From the IMG/VR virus record IMGVR_UViG_2675903516_000002: 20,000 bases of DNA, one strand, 5' to 3'. Below the pieces are notes generated by a model. The model did not search any database. It saw nothing but the letters and a program-made list of their open reading frames with translations, and was not told the origin of the DNA. The position numbers and the translations under genes are program-made. Shown here in pieces: positions 7,602 to 16,404 of the stretch (positions are counted from its first letter, which is position 1; each line of letters starts with the position of its first letter). Source of the stretch: an uncultured virus (IMG/VR IMGVR_UViG_2675903516_000002) (Duplodnaviria; Heunggongvirae; Uroviricota; Caudoviricetes).

Positions 7602-9370
7602 CCGTAAAACTCCAAAAAATTAGGGCTGTGACCGCCATATGTCGCGGTAAGGGGTTCATTTAACAGAGCGTGCATAATTGCCCACGCCACATCGGCATGG
7701 CTGGCTTCTTCACTGCGGCTGGCGACATAAGTGGAACTCTTACCGCTGGCGGTCATAGTCTTGCGAATGGCCATAAATGACTGGGTGATATCGGTGTGGC
7801 CAGTGTCATATTCCAGACGGCCGTTATTAATGGTGTGCTTGGCTTTCAGCACCATGGCGGTTTTGATTTCAGGGGTGTATTTGATTTCCCTTGCGGCTGG
7901 GAAGAACTGGCGCACCAACTGGAAAACGCCTTGGCCGACGGTAGTGGCATCAATACCGATATATTCCACACAATACTTATGCGTCAGCTCTTCGATATGT
8001 TTAGCCTGCGCTTCAAAATCCATCCCTTTCCACTGGTGGCGCTCCAATACGCGGAACTTGCCGCCCGGCACCATTGGCGGTGCGATCCCCGCGCACCCGG
8101 CACTGTCGCCGCCGTTGGCCTCGGACGGGTCGTAACCAATCCACACCGGGCGATGCCCAAACGGCCGCAACGAATACGGGTTGTAGTCTTCCCACTCTTC
8201 CAGACTGTCCACCATACAAGCCTGCAACTCGGCGAACGGGAAGACGGACGCTTGATCGTCCACAAACTCGCACATCAACAGGTTTTGATATTCTGACGGG
8301 CCGTATTCCAGTGAGAGCTGGTTGAGGTCAAACAGGTTACAGCCGCCCGCCAGTGCATCTTCAACTGTGACTATCTGCCGCCACTGACCATCATCACACA
8401 GCGCACCACGAGCCAAATGGCTGTGGCTTAAATCCAGTTGGATATGGTCGGATTTATTGCGGCGGCCTTTATTGAACAGCTCACCAGACCAGAACGGATA
8501 GGCACTGTGCGCCAGACTCGACGGCGTGGAGAAATAGGTGGTACGCCATTTTTTATGTAATGACATGCCGCTTGCGACTTTGCGCAGTTCCTGAAACTTG
8601 GGTATCCAGAAATATTCATCAAGATAGAGATTGCCGGTGTAGCTCTGCGCAGTACGTACGTTCGTGCCGAGAAAGAACAGGCGCGCCCCGTTGGGTAGCA
8701 CCATCGGGTCGCCTTTCAGGTCAACATCAACCATGCGGGCAAAGTCGATAATGTAGCTTTTGAACACGTGCGCCTGTGCCTTACTGGCGGACAAAAATAT
8801 CTGGTTACGCCCGGTGGTGATGGCATCTAACAGCGCTTCGCGGGCAAAGAAGAAGGTAGCGCCAATCTGACGCGACTTCAGGATATTGCGGATACGGTGG
8901 GCTAGCCCGGCCTCAAACCAATTACGCTGATAATCAAAGATATTTTCGTGAAAAATAGATTCCAGTTTTTCAATCGCGGATTCACTGAACAGGTTTTTAT
9001 CCGGGATTTTGCGCTCCCCTTTGTTGCGGTTCGCCACATTTGGATTTAAATCCGCTTCGCTGCCGGTCTGGCTATAGCGGTTCACCCGCGCCAGCCGTTC
9101 AATCTGGCGGCCTAACAGGTCAATCTCTTTAAAATCCCGCCCCTCTTTGGCGTCTTTCATGATGAGCTGAATCAACCGCGCTTCCATGCTGGTTTCTACA
9201 CGAGAAATGGGCGCAATAGCATCCCACCCGTCGCGCTTCTTCCAGCTCTGCACAGTCGGCGATTTCAGGCTTAGCTGGTCTGCGATTTGGCGCACAGAAA
9301 AACCCTGCCAGTAAAGCAAGGCCGCCTGTCGCCGTGGGTCGCTGATAATGGTGCTCGGTGTCGTATTCAT
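7598..9370 (-). CDS. P: Large terminase (ATPase/nuclease) subunit gpP
   Basis: N-terminal HTH, Walker A LKSRQIGAT, Walker B LYLDE, STPS motif, nuclease WIGYDP and HADVAWA. Confidence 0.98.
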   Translation of the reverse strand: MNTTPSTIISDPRRQAALLYWQGFSVRQIADQLSLKSPTVQSWKKRDGWDAIAPISRVETSMEARLIQLIMKDAKEGRDFKEIDLLGRQIERLARVNRYSQTGSEADLNPNVANRNKGERKIPDKNLFSESAIEKLESIFHENIFDYQRNWFEAGLAHRIRNILKSRQIGATFFFAREALLDAITTGRNQIFLSASKAQAHVFKSYIIDFARMVDVDLKGDPMVLPNGARLFFLGTNVRTAQSYTGNLYLDEYFWIPKFQELRKVASGMSLHKKWRTTYFSTPSSLAHSAYPFWSGELFNKGRRNKSDHIQLDLSHSHLARGALCDDGQWRQIVTVEDALAGGCNLFDLNQLSLEYGPSEYQNLLMCEFVDDQASVFPFAELQACMVDSLEEWEDYNPYSLRPFGHRPVWIGYDPSEANGGDSAGCAGIAPPMVPGGKFRVLERHQWKGMDFEAQAKHIEELTHKYCVEYIGIDATTVGQGVFQLVRQFFPAAREIKYTPEIKTAMVLKAKHTINNGRLEYDTGHTDITQSFMAIRKTMTASGKSSTYVASRSEEASHADVAWAIMHALLNEPLTATYGGHSPNFLEFYG

Positions 9371-9415
9371 GCCATTAGGCTACGCGACCAGCCCGACCCT
9401 CTGCGCGTACTCGCT

Positions 9416-9437
9416 GTTGTGCCAGCCCCGTCACAAC
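9416..9437. promoter_or_regulatory. Ogr/186 B late-activator site of the divergent pP/pO promoters
   Basis: GTTGT-GCCAGCCCCGTC-ACAAC contains TGT-N12-ACA, centred about 56 bp from the P start codon. Confidence 0.8.
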
Positions 9438-9523
9438 TGGCTTTCGTTGTTGCTGCCGCCATACATCAGGAAACTAAGCCCCGAACCGAATAATAATAAT
9501 CACACTGAATGGAGCAGCCACTT

Positions 9524-10378
9524 ATGGCTAAGAAAGTATCAAAATGGTTTCGTATCGGCGTTGAGGGTGATACCTGCGACGGGCGAGTGATTGACGCCGA
9601 CGATATCAACCAGATGGCAGAGTCATTTGATCCGCGCGTCTACGGTTGCCGCATCAATCTGGAGCATCTGAAAAGTTACTCACCGGACAGCACTTTCCGC
9701 CGTTATGGCGATGTATCAGCACTTAAAGCGGAAACCATTGCAGACGATTCAATCCTGAACGGTAAGCGTGCGTTGTTCGCCCAAATCAGCCCAACCGATG
9801 ATTTGGTGCAGATGAACAAAGCCTTACAGAAAATCTATACCTCCATGGAAATTCGCCCGAACTTTGCCAATACCGGTAAAGCCTATCTGGTCGGGCTGGC
9901 GGTGACTGATGACCCCGCCAGCCTCGGCACTGAAATGCTGGAATTCAGCGCCAAAGCCAAACACAACCCACTGGCCGCCCGTAAGTCTCACCCGGATAAC
10001 TTTTTCTCTGCGGCGGTTGAAGTGCAACTGGAATTTGAAGACGTGGCCGAACCGGGTGCCACCTTACTCAGCATGGTGAAGTCAGTATTCAGTCGCAAAC
10101 ATGCAACTGATGACGCCCGTTTTAATGATGTGCATGAGGCAGTGAATGCCGTGGCAGTGCATGTGCAGGAACAGGGAGAAACCATTGAGGCCCGTTTTAC
10201 CTCTATTGAGAAGCAATTTGCTGACCAAGTGGTGGAGCTAAAACAGAGCATCGAAAAGGGAAAACAAGGGGTTACGTCCCTCGAAACCAAACTTTCTATC
10301 ACTGAAAACTTTAGCCAGACCAAACGCCCGGAATCCACCGGCGGTAACAATCAAAACGATGTATTGACCGACTGCTAG
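9524..10378 (+). CDS. O: Capsid scaffolding protein/protease gpO
   Basis: SKWFRIGVEGDTCDGR, INLEH, YTSME, YLVGLAVTDDPASLGTE, terminal LTDC. GGAG RBS before ATG 9524. Confidence 0.97.
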   Translation: MAKKVSKWFRIGVEGDTCDGRVIDADDINQMAESFDPRVYGCRINLEHLKSYSPDSTFRRYGDVSALKAETIADDSILNGKRALFAQISPTDDLVQMNKALQKIYTSMEIRPNFANTGKAYLVGLAVTDDPASLGTEMLEFSAKAKHNPLAARKSHPDNFFSAAVEVQLEFEDVAEPGATLLSMVKSVFSRKHATDDARFNDVHEAVNAVAVHVQEQGETIEARFTSIEKQFADQVVELKQSIEKGKQGVTSLETKLSITENFSQTKRPESTGGNNQNDVLTDC

Positions 10379-10452
10379 TTGGGGTCACTGGCCGCCAGCT
10401 GTGCGGCCCACTGGTTATTTCACCCATATTATTTAACTGAATCAGGATTATT

Positions 10453-11682
10453 ATGCGCCCAGCAACCCGTTTTAAATTTAATGCCTATCTAACCCGTCAA
10501 GCCGAGCTGAACGGGGTAGAAACAGGCGACCTGAATAAAAAATTCAGCGTCGAACCCTCTGTTACGCAAACCATCATGACCCGCGTGCAAGAGTCCTCAG
10601 AATTTCTGAGCCGCATCAATATTGTGCCGGTATCGGAGTTGACCGCCGAAAAGGTCGGTCTTGGTGTCAATGGCTCGGTTGCCAGCACCACCGATACTGA
10701 CGGTGGCGACGAACGCGAAACTGCCGAGTTTGCCTCACTAGACAGTGAGAAGTATTTCTGTGAGCAGGTGAACTACGATTTCCATATTCGCTATAACACC
10801 CTTGACCTGTGGGCGCGCTATCAGGACTTCCAGACCCGTTTGCGCGACGCCATTATCAAGCGGCAGGCACTTGACCGCATCATGGCAGGCTTCAATGGCA
10901 CTCACCGCGCCAAAACCTCTAACCGCGCACTCAACCCGCTGTTGCAGGATATCGCGCCGGGCTGGTTACAAAAATACCGCACCAATGCGCCAACCCGCGT
11001 AATGAGTAACATCATCGGTGAAGATGGTGCGGTTGTGTCAGAAAAAATCCGTGTCGGTCATGGCGGTGATTACGTCAATCTGGATGCGCTGGTGATGGAT
11101 GCCACCAATAACATGATTGCTGAATGGCATCAGGAAGACCCTGAACTGGTGGTTATCACTGGCCGCCAGTTGATGCAGGATAAATATTTCCCCATCGTCA
11201 ACAAAGAGCAGGAAAACAGCGAAACCCTCGCCGCTGACTTGATTATTAGCCAGAAACGTATCGGCAATTTACCGGCTATCCGTGTGCCTTTCTTCCCGGC
11301 TAACGCATTCATGATAACCCGCCTCGATAACCTGTCTATTTACTGGCTGGAAGACTCGCACCGCCGCCATATCGATGAGAACGCCAAGCGTGACCGCATC
11401 GAAAACTACGAGTCCATTAAACAGGATTATGTCGTGGAAGATTACACCTGTGGCTGTCTGGTGGAAAACATCGAAATCTTACCGGCGAAAAAAGACAGCA
11501 CCTCGTCCCCGGCTGCGGCCGCATTGATGGTATCGGAAGCCCCGAACTATGACGGCCTGGCTGCGGCGATCATGGCAGCGGTGAAAGTGGCGTCGAACCC
11601 GGAGGATGCCACAGTGGAAACCGCTACTGAAACTCCCCCGGAAACCACAGAAGAAGCACCGGCAACCAAAGGGAGCAAATAA
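10453..11682 (+). CDS. N: Major capsid protein gpN, with C-terminal extension
   Basis: KFSVEPSVTQT, LDRIMAGFNG, PLLQD...GWLQKYR, PFFPANA...TRLDNLSIY. Confidence 0.98.
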   Translation: MRPATRFKFNAYLTRQAELNGVETGDLNKKFSVEPSVTQTIMTRVQESSEFLSRINIVPVSELTAEKVGLGVNGSVASTTDTDGGDERETAEFASLDSEKYFCEQVNYDFHIRYNTLDLWARYQDFQTRLRDAIIKRQALDRIMAGFNGTHRAKTSNRALNPLLQDIAPGWLQKYRTNAPTRVMSNIIGEDGAVVSEKIRVGHGGDYVNLDALVMDATNNMIAEWHQEDPELVVITGRQLMQDKYFPIVNKEQENSETLAADLIISQKRIGNLPAIRVPFFPANAFMITRLDNLSIYWLEDSHRRHIDENAKRDRIENYESIKQDYVVEDYTCGCLVENIEILPAKKDSTSSPAAAALMVSEAPNYDGLAAAIMAAVKVASNPEDATVETATETPPETTEEAPATKGSK

Positions 11683-11685
11683 ACC

Positions 11686-12345
11686 ATGACCAGTCCTGCG
11701 CGCCGCCACTTTCTGAGACAGTCGGCTATTGCTGCCTCACAGCTGCGGGATAACCCGCTGCGCCACGCCACCGGCTACGAGCTGATGTTGCTCAAGCTCA
11801 ATGAAGATAAGCGCAAGCTGAAACAGGTGCGTTCAAATGAGCGTAAAGCCGAGCTGAAGCGGCAGTTATTGCCGGATTACCTGCCGTGGATCTCTGGCGT
11901 GTTGAGTGAGGGGAAAGGCGCGCAGGACGCCATTGTAATGACCATCATGATTTGGCGTCTGGATGCCGGGGATATCCCCGGTGCACTGGATATCGCCCGT
12001 TATGCCCTGCGTTATCAGTTAGTGCCAACTGACCGCTTTACCCGCTCTACCGCCTACCTGATTGCCGAGGAAGTCGCGGACGCTGCGGCGCGCGCCTATG
12101 CCACCGGTAAGCCGATTGATATTGAGCCTCTGCTGCAAACCATTGAGCTGATGGAAGATGAAGACATGCCCGACCAAGTGCGCGCCAAACTGCACAAAAT
12201 CACCGGCTATGTGCTGCGTGACAGTGACCGGGGCGAACTGGCCCTGAGCCACCTTCACCGCGCACTCCAATTGCATACCGGTTGTGGCGTCAAGAAAGAC
12301 ATTGAGCGACTGGCCGTGAAGTTAAAGAACGCCGCCAGCCGCTAA
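11686..12345 (+). CDS. M: Small terminase subunit gpM
   Basis: MTSPARRH, KAELKRQLLP.Y.PW, WRLDAGD, DMPDQVRAKLHK, GVKKDIERL. Confidence 0.96.
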   Translation: MTSPARRHFLRQSAIAASQLRDNPLRHATGYELMLLKLNEDKRKLKQVRSNERKAELKRQLLPDYLPWISGVLSEGKGAQDAIVMTIMIWRLDAGDIPGALDIARYALRYQLVPTDRFTRSTAYLIAEEVADAAARAYATGKPIDIEPLLQTIELMEDEDMPDQVRAKLHKITGYVLRDSDRGELALSHLHRALQLHTGCGVKKDIERLAVKLKNAASR

Positions 12346-12444
12346 CCCGAACGCTCCCCGAGCCGGGCGGCACGATGGCCGCAACAGGGTTTACCTTGTT
12401 AACGCCGTCGTCCACCGCCCACCCATTCTGATATTGAGGTTGCC

Positions 12445-12918
12445 ATGACCACTGTTGTTATCCCCGCGCCACGGCCTGACAAAACGGCCGAACCGGTGAT
12501 TGAAAATACCTTTTTCTGGCCTGCGGTTGACCCGATAAAACTGCGCGAGCTGTTGCGCCTTGAGGGAACCGTCACCGCCGAGCGCCTGCGCTTTACCATC
12601 AAAGGCGCTATTGCGGAGGTTAACGCTGAACTGTACGAGTACCGCCGTGACCAGATGGCGGCAGGCTTTAAAACACTGGCCGAAGTACAGGCTGAGCAAC
12701 TGGACGGTGAAAGCATCCAGTTGGCCGAGTACCAGCGCGCGGTCTGTGCCATTACGGCCGCACTGTTGGCCGAGCGTTATCGCGGCTATGACGCCAGCAC
12801 GCGTGGTGATAAACGCGCGGAGGCCATTGAAAGTACGGTTGATGAGTTGTGGCGTGATGCGCGGATTAGCATTCGCAACATTGCCGGTAAGCCTCACAAC
12901 ATTATTGGCCTTATCTGA
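12445..12918 (+). CDS. L: Head completion protein gpL
   Basis: IENTFFWP, GTVTAERLR, Y.RAV, ERYRGYDAS, LWRDAR; synteny. Confidence 0.95.
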   Translation: MTTVVIPAPRPDKTAEPVIENTFFWPAVDPIKLRELLRLEGTVTAERLRFTIKGAIAEVNAELYEYRRDQMAAGFKTLAEVQAEQLDGESIQLAEYQRAVCAITAALLAERYRGYDASTRGDKRAEAIESTVDELWRDARISIRNIAGKPHNIIGLI

Positions 12919-13121
12919 TGCAGGTCAACGCGTTGCAAGGCGACACGCTCGACGCATTGTGCTGGCGCTATTACGGGCGCACGCAAGATGTGCTGGAGAA
13001 AGTCTATGACGCGAATCCGGGGCTGTCGGAGCTGGGGGCCATTCTGCCGCATGGTTATCCGGTGGCGTTGCCCGACATGGCCCCGGCGGCCCAACGTGAA
13101 ACCGTTCAATTATGGGATTGA
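12918..13121 (+). CDS. X: Tail protein gpX (LysM-like)
   Basis: QGDTLDALCWRYYGRT, ANPGL, terminal VQLWD. Confidence 0.95.
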   Translation: MQVNALQGDTLDALCWRYYGRTQDVLEKVYDANPGLSELGAILPHGYPVALPDMAPAAQRETVQLWD

Positions 13122-13123
13122 AA

Positions 13124-13333
13124 ATGGAGAAATTTAGCTCTGCGGTAGCCTATGTATTGGCGCTGGTACTGGCGTTTATTGGCGCACTGAGTCCGCAAGA
13201 TATCGCGTTTTATGTGGCGGCGGTGGCCGCTGCAGCGACCTGTTTTATCAACTGGTACTACCGGCGCAAGAGCTATTTCTTGCTGAAAGAGTTGGCTATC
13301 AGGCGGGAGGTGTTCGATGAACTCAATCGTTAA
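13124..13333 (+). CDS. HP1-family holin
   Basis: Hydrophobic segments and INWYYRRK motif; overlaps the endolysin start. Alternative in-frame ATG at 13112. Confidence 0.88.
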   Translation: MEKFSSAVAYVLALVLAFIGALSPQDIAFYVAAVAAAATCFINWYYRRKSYFLLKELAIRREVFDELNR

Positions 13334-13823
13334 GCGCTGTTTGATCGGGGCGATTCTGGCGCTGGCCGCCACCTTGCCAAATTACCAGACGCTCAACACA
13401 TCGCCCGCCGGGCTAAAACTGATTGCCGATTATGAGGGCTGCCAGCTCAACGCCTACCAGTGTAGCGCCAATGTCTGGACAAATGGCATCGGTCATACGG
13501 CAGGCGTTAAGTCGGGCAGCGTTATCAGTGAGCGACAGGTGGCGGTCAATCTGGTCGCTGACGTGCAGCGGGTCGAACGGGCTATGGCGGTGTGTATGCC
13601 GGTTGCCATGCCGCAACCGGTGTATGACGCCGTGGTGTCGTTTGCCTTTAACGTGGGTACGGGGGCGGCCTGTCGCTCGACGCTGGCCTTTTTTGTCAAC
13701 AAGGACGACTGGCGCAGCGCCTGCAATCAGCTGCCACGCTGGGTGTACGTCAACGGCGTGAAAACCAAAGGGTTAGAGCGTCGCCGCACCACCGAACAAA
13801 CACACTGTCTGAGCGGGGTCTGA
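13317..13823 (+). CDS. SAR endolysin (GH24 lysozyme)
   Basis: N-terminal KR followed by an Ala/Leu/Gly-rich signal-anchor; triad E40-C49-T55; FAFNVG and GLERRR motifs. Confidence 0.93.
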   Translation: MNSIVKRCLIGAILALAATLPNYQTLNTSPAGLKLIADYEGCQLNAYQCSANVWTNGIGHTAGVKSGSVISERQVAVNLVADVQRVERAMAVCMPVAMPQPVYDAVVSFAFNVGTGAACRSTLAFFVNKDDWRSACNQLPRWVYVNGVKTKGLERRRTTEQTHCLSGV

Positions 13824-13824
13824 T

Positions 13825-14241
13825 ATGCGCACATTACTTCTGTTATGGGTTTTGATGATGGGGGTGCTGGCGTGGCACGCCCATAACCTTAAAAAAGAGT
13901 TAGACAGCGCCAAACTGGTGATTGGCACTTTATCCGCCGGAATTGAGAGCCGGGACAACGCGATCACCCGCCTGCAAGATGAGGCCCGGCAACAGGCAGA
14001 CAATGAGCGGGCATTACGCCAATCACTGAGCCACGCCAGCACCTTGTCATTATCTCGTGAACAGAGAATTCAAAGGTTACTCAATGAAAATAAAGTCTTG
14101 CGTGATTGGTTCGCTACTGCTTTGCCTGCTGGCGTTATCCGGCTGCACCAGCGCCCCGCGTTCGCCAACCCCAACGATTATTTACGTTGGCTGTCCGACG
14201 GTGAGCAGTTGCCCGCTGCCGGGCAGCACACCGGCGGTTAA
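13825..14241 (+). CDS. lysB: Inner-membrane spanin LysB (Rz-like)
   Basis: N-terminal TM helix, coiled coil, LLNEN..LRDW....LP..VIRL..RP. Confidence 0.9.
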   Translation: MRTLLLLWVLMMGVLAWHAHNLKKELDSAKLVIGTLSAGIESRDNAITRLQDEARQQADNERALRQSLSHASTLSLSREQRIQRLLNENKVLRDWFATALPAGVIRLHQRPAFANPNDYLRWLSDGEQLPAAGQHTGG

Positions 14242-14398
14242 CGGTGATTTAAGTGCCGATATCCGCCAGTTAGAAGCCGCACTGGTGGCCTGCGGGCTGC
14301 AAGTGGAAGCCGTTAAACAGTGTCAGGAACAACACCATGTTAAAACCCAAACTGTTACGCCAAGCCTTAACCGACAGTCTGCAACTGTTCCAGACTAA
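14084..14398 (+). CDS. lysC: Outer-membrane lipoprotein spanin LysC (Rz1-like), overlapping lysB
   Basis: Signal peptide with lipobox LSGC, Pro-rich segment, CP.V..C.LP, NGDL, C..QV....CQ. Confidence 0.88.
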   Translation: MKIKSCVIGSLLLCLLALSGCTSAPRSPTPTIIYVGCPTVSSCPLPGSTPAVNGDLSADIRQLEAALVACGLQVEAVKQCQEQHHVKTQTVTPSLNRQSATVPD

Positions 14399-14792
14399 CC
14401 CGGAGCGGCTGAAAATGTTTGTTGATGGCGGGCGCATTGTCTCAACACTGGCCCCGTCGCTGTCTTTTGAAAATCAATATACGCTGACGCTGTTTATTGA
14501 GGATTTCCCCGATGATGTTGATTATCTCTTTGTGCCGATACTGGCATGGTTGCGGGAACATCAACCGGACATCATGGCAACAGAAGAAAAACGCCGCACC
14601 GGCTTTATTCATAAGGTTGATGTGATGAGCGACGTGTTGAGTGATATCCGTATCGACCTGCAACTGACTGAGCGGGCTATTGTGAAAGAGGTAGACGGTG
14701 CATTGCATGTTGACCATGCGCTGGAACCGGCGTGGCCGGGAACGCCAACACGACCAACAGCCATCTACTTTAACGGTGAAACGGTCAAATGA
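14337..14792 (+). CDS. R: Tail completion protein gpR
   Basis: MLKP..LR.AL, NPERL..FVD.G, SLSFE, WLREHQPD, LQLTER. Confidence 0.95.
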   Translation: MLKPKLLRQALTDSLQLFQTNPERLKMFVDGGRIVSTLAPSLSFENQYTLTLFIEDFPDDVDYLFVPILAWLREHQPDIMATEEKRRTGFIHKVDVMSDVLSDIRIDLQLTERAIVKEVDGALHVDHALEPAWPGTPTRPTAIYFNGETVK

Positions 14793-15238
14793 ATGAACTG
14801 AAACCATTTGATGACGCATTGGCCGGGCTGATTGCCAGTCTGACACCCAAAGCCCGCAAAGCGCTGGCGGTGACGGTTGCAAAACGCCTGCGGGCCAGTC
14901 AGCAACAACGCATCAAACGCCAGCAAGCGCCCGACGGCACCCCGTATGCGGCGCGTAAATCTCAACCGTTACGTAAACCCAAGGGCCGGATTAAGCGGGA
15001 AATGTTCGCCAAGTTGCGCACCTCGCGCTATATGAAAGCCAACAGTAGTCCCGATGAGGCGGTGGTTGAGTTTGCCGGGCGCGTGGAACGGATGGCGGCA
15101 GTGCATCATTTTGGCCTGCGTGACCGTCCGAACGTGCACAGCAAAGATGTGCAGTATGATGAGCGACCGTTGCTCGGTTTTAGTCAGCAAGATATTTGGA
15201 ACATTACAGACGAAATGCTAAATCACTTGTCAAAATAA
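14789..15238 (+). CDS. S: Tail completion / virion morphogenesis protein gpS
   Basis: QQQRIKRQQAPDGTPYAARK, MFAKLRT, VHHFGLRD, Y.ERPLLG. Confidence 0.95.
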   Translation: MNELKPFDDALAGLIASLTPKARKALAVTVAKRLRASQQQRIKRQQAPDGTPYAARKSQPLRKPKGRIKREMFAKLRTSRYMKANSSPDEAVVEFAGRVERMAAVHHFGLRDRPNVHSKDVQYDERPLLGFSQQDIWNITDEMLNHLSK

Positions 15239-16307
15239 GGAATTCATGAGGAACAACTTGATTAATTGATGGTGACTTATTGGCATTAAGAATACTGTTC
15301 AAAACTGAATAGCACTCTTTATAGATATCAGGTTGCCTTTCTTTTTTAATACAAGTGTTTTGAATGTATCGCATACAAAAACCAGCGACAAGATCAGCTA
15401 TTTGAATTCCTTTTTTTTTCGTTGATGATTCGAATGACAAGTTAGCTATTTCGTTGAAGTTATAATTAGATGCCGGAGTGTAAGCATTGATATTGTTTTT
15501 TTCTATCTGTACTTTCGCGGCCTTGATGATTTCATCAAACTGCACTTGCTCGTCATGAATAAATTTAACATTAGCTATTTTACCTCGCATGCTTTTGTTA
15601 ACTCTAGCATATACATTACAGAAAGATGATAGATTAGGTAGCATCCATGAGGGGCTACCATTTTTTAATAAATCCTTACTGGGAATATATGTATTATGCC
15701 TATTAACATTCTCATTTAACGCATTGTTTATGTCATCTTTAGTCATCAGCACTGAGTGCAATAAACATGAAGCTATAGGAGTAGTATCTTGAACCATGTT
15801 TTGGTAGTGTTCTACAATGCTTGAAATTACTTTTAAAGTGTCTTGTATCGTTCCACTTTCACATGAGTCTATAAATAAATGTAGAGTGGAATCTGGTAGG
15901 TTATTATATAGACTCCACGCAAAAGACTGCCTTATAAAATTTGATTTTTCACTTTCCGTTTGCAATGCGGGCAAAACAATGTAATTAGTGATATGCGCTA
16001 TTAAGAAATACCTTTTATCAACAATCTCAACAAATACAGGGAATTCATTTTTCTTTAAAAAACAAAACAACTCGACTAACAGTTCTGGTTTTTTGTAGTA
16101 GATGTTTTTTGATTTAAATTCATGCCCCTGAATTTTATGTTTTAACTTTAAACCTTCCATGAAATTAAATATATCATCTTCTTTATTATCTGGAATACCA
16201 ACACAACCTAATGAAAAAACTGGTTGAGATGAAAAGTTGAATTTCTCATCAGCATTAGCTACATCACCAGTGTTACCACTCTCATCTAGATAAAAATTGT
16301 AAGTCAT
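15204..16307 (-). CDS. DUF3800-like (RNase H-fold) protein; AT-rich moron, candidate defence/lysogenic conversion gene
   Basis: N-terminal FYLDESG, HEFK, FIHDEQ and C-terminal S...GIQIADLVAG motifs. ATG at 16307 with GGGAG RBS; 367 aa; antisense to the late genes. Confidence 0.85.
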   Translation of the reverse strand: MTYNFYLDESGNTGDVANADEKFNFSSQPVFSLGCVGIPDNKEDDIFNFMEGLKLKHKIQGHEFKSKNIYYKKPELLVELFCFLKKNEFPVFVEIVDKRYFLIAHITNYIVLPALQTESEKSNFIRQSFAWSLYNNLPDSTLHLFIDSCESGTIQDTLKVISSIVEHYQNMVQDTTPIASCLLHSVLMTKDDINNALNENVNRHNTYIPSKDLLKNGSPSWMLPNLSSFCNVYARVNKSMRGKIANVKFIHDEQVQFDEIIKAAKVQIEKNNINAYTPASNYNFNEIANLSFESSTKKKGIQIADLVAGFCMRYIQNTCIKKERQPDIYKECYSVLNSILNANKSPSINQVVPHEFLILTSDLAFRL

Positions 16308-16339
16308 GTAATTAGCTCCCTGTGTATTCCAATAAACTA

Positions 16340-16359
16340 TTGTGCCATGTCTCATACAA
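16340..16359 (+). promoter_or_regulatory. Ogr/186 B late-activator site of pV
   Basis: TTGT-GCCATGTCTCAT-ACAA (TGT-N12-ACA) shares TTGTGCCA...ACAAC with the P/O site; centred about 55 bp before the V ATG. Confidence 0.8.
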
Positions 16360-16367
16360 CATGGATA

Positions 16368-16395
16368 AGTTTATTAGTTTTACCCTGCGTGACAA
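16368..16395 (-). promoter_or_regulatory. Putative sigma70 promoter of the DUF3800 moron
   Basis: Minus strand TTGTCA (16395-16390), 16 bp spacer, TAAACT (16373-16368). Confidence 0.45.
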
Positions 16396-16404
16396 ATTGT
16401 CTAC

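Noticed and set aside
16308..16355. Longer start (16355) for the DUF3800 gene, and the longer ORF-track starts for A, Q, O, I and lysC
   Set aside because: Downstream ATGs have better RBS or coupling and match the expected N-termini.
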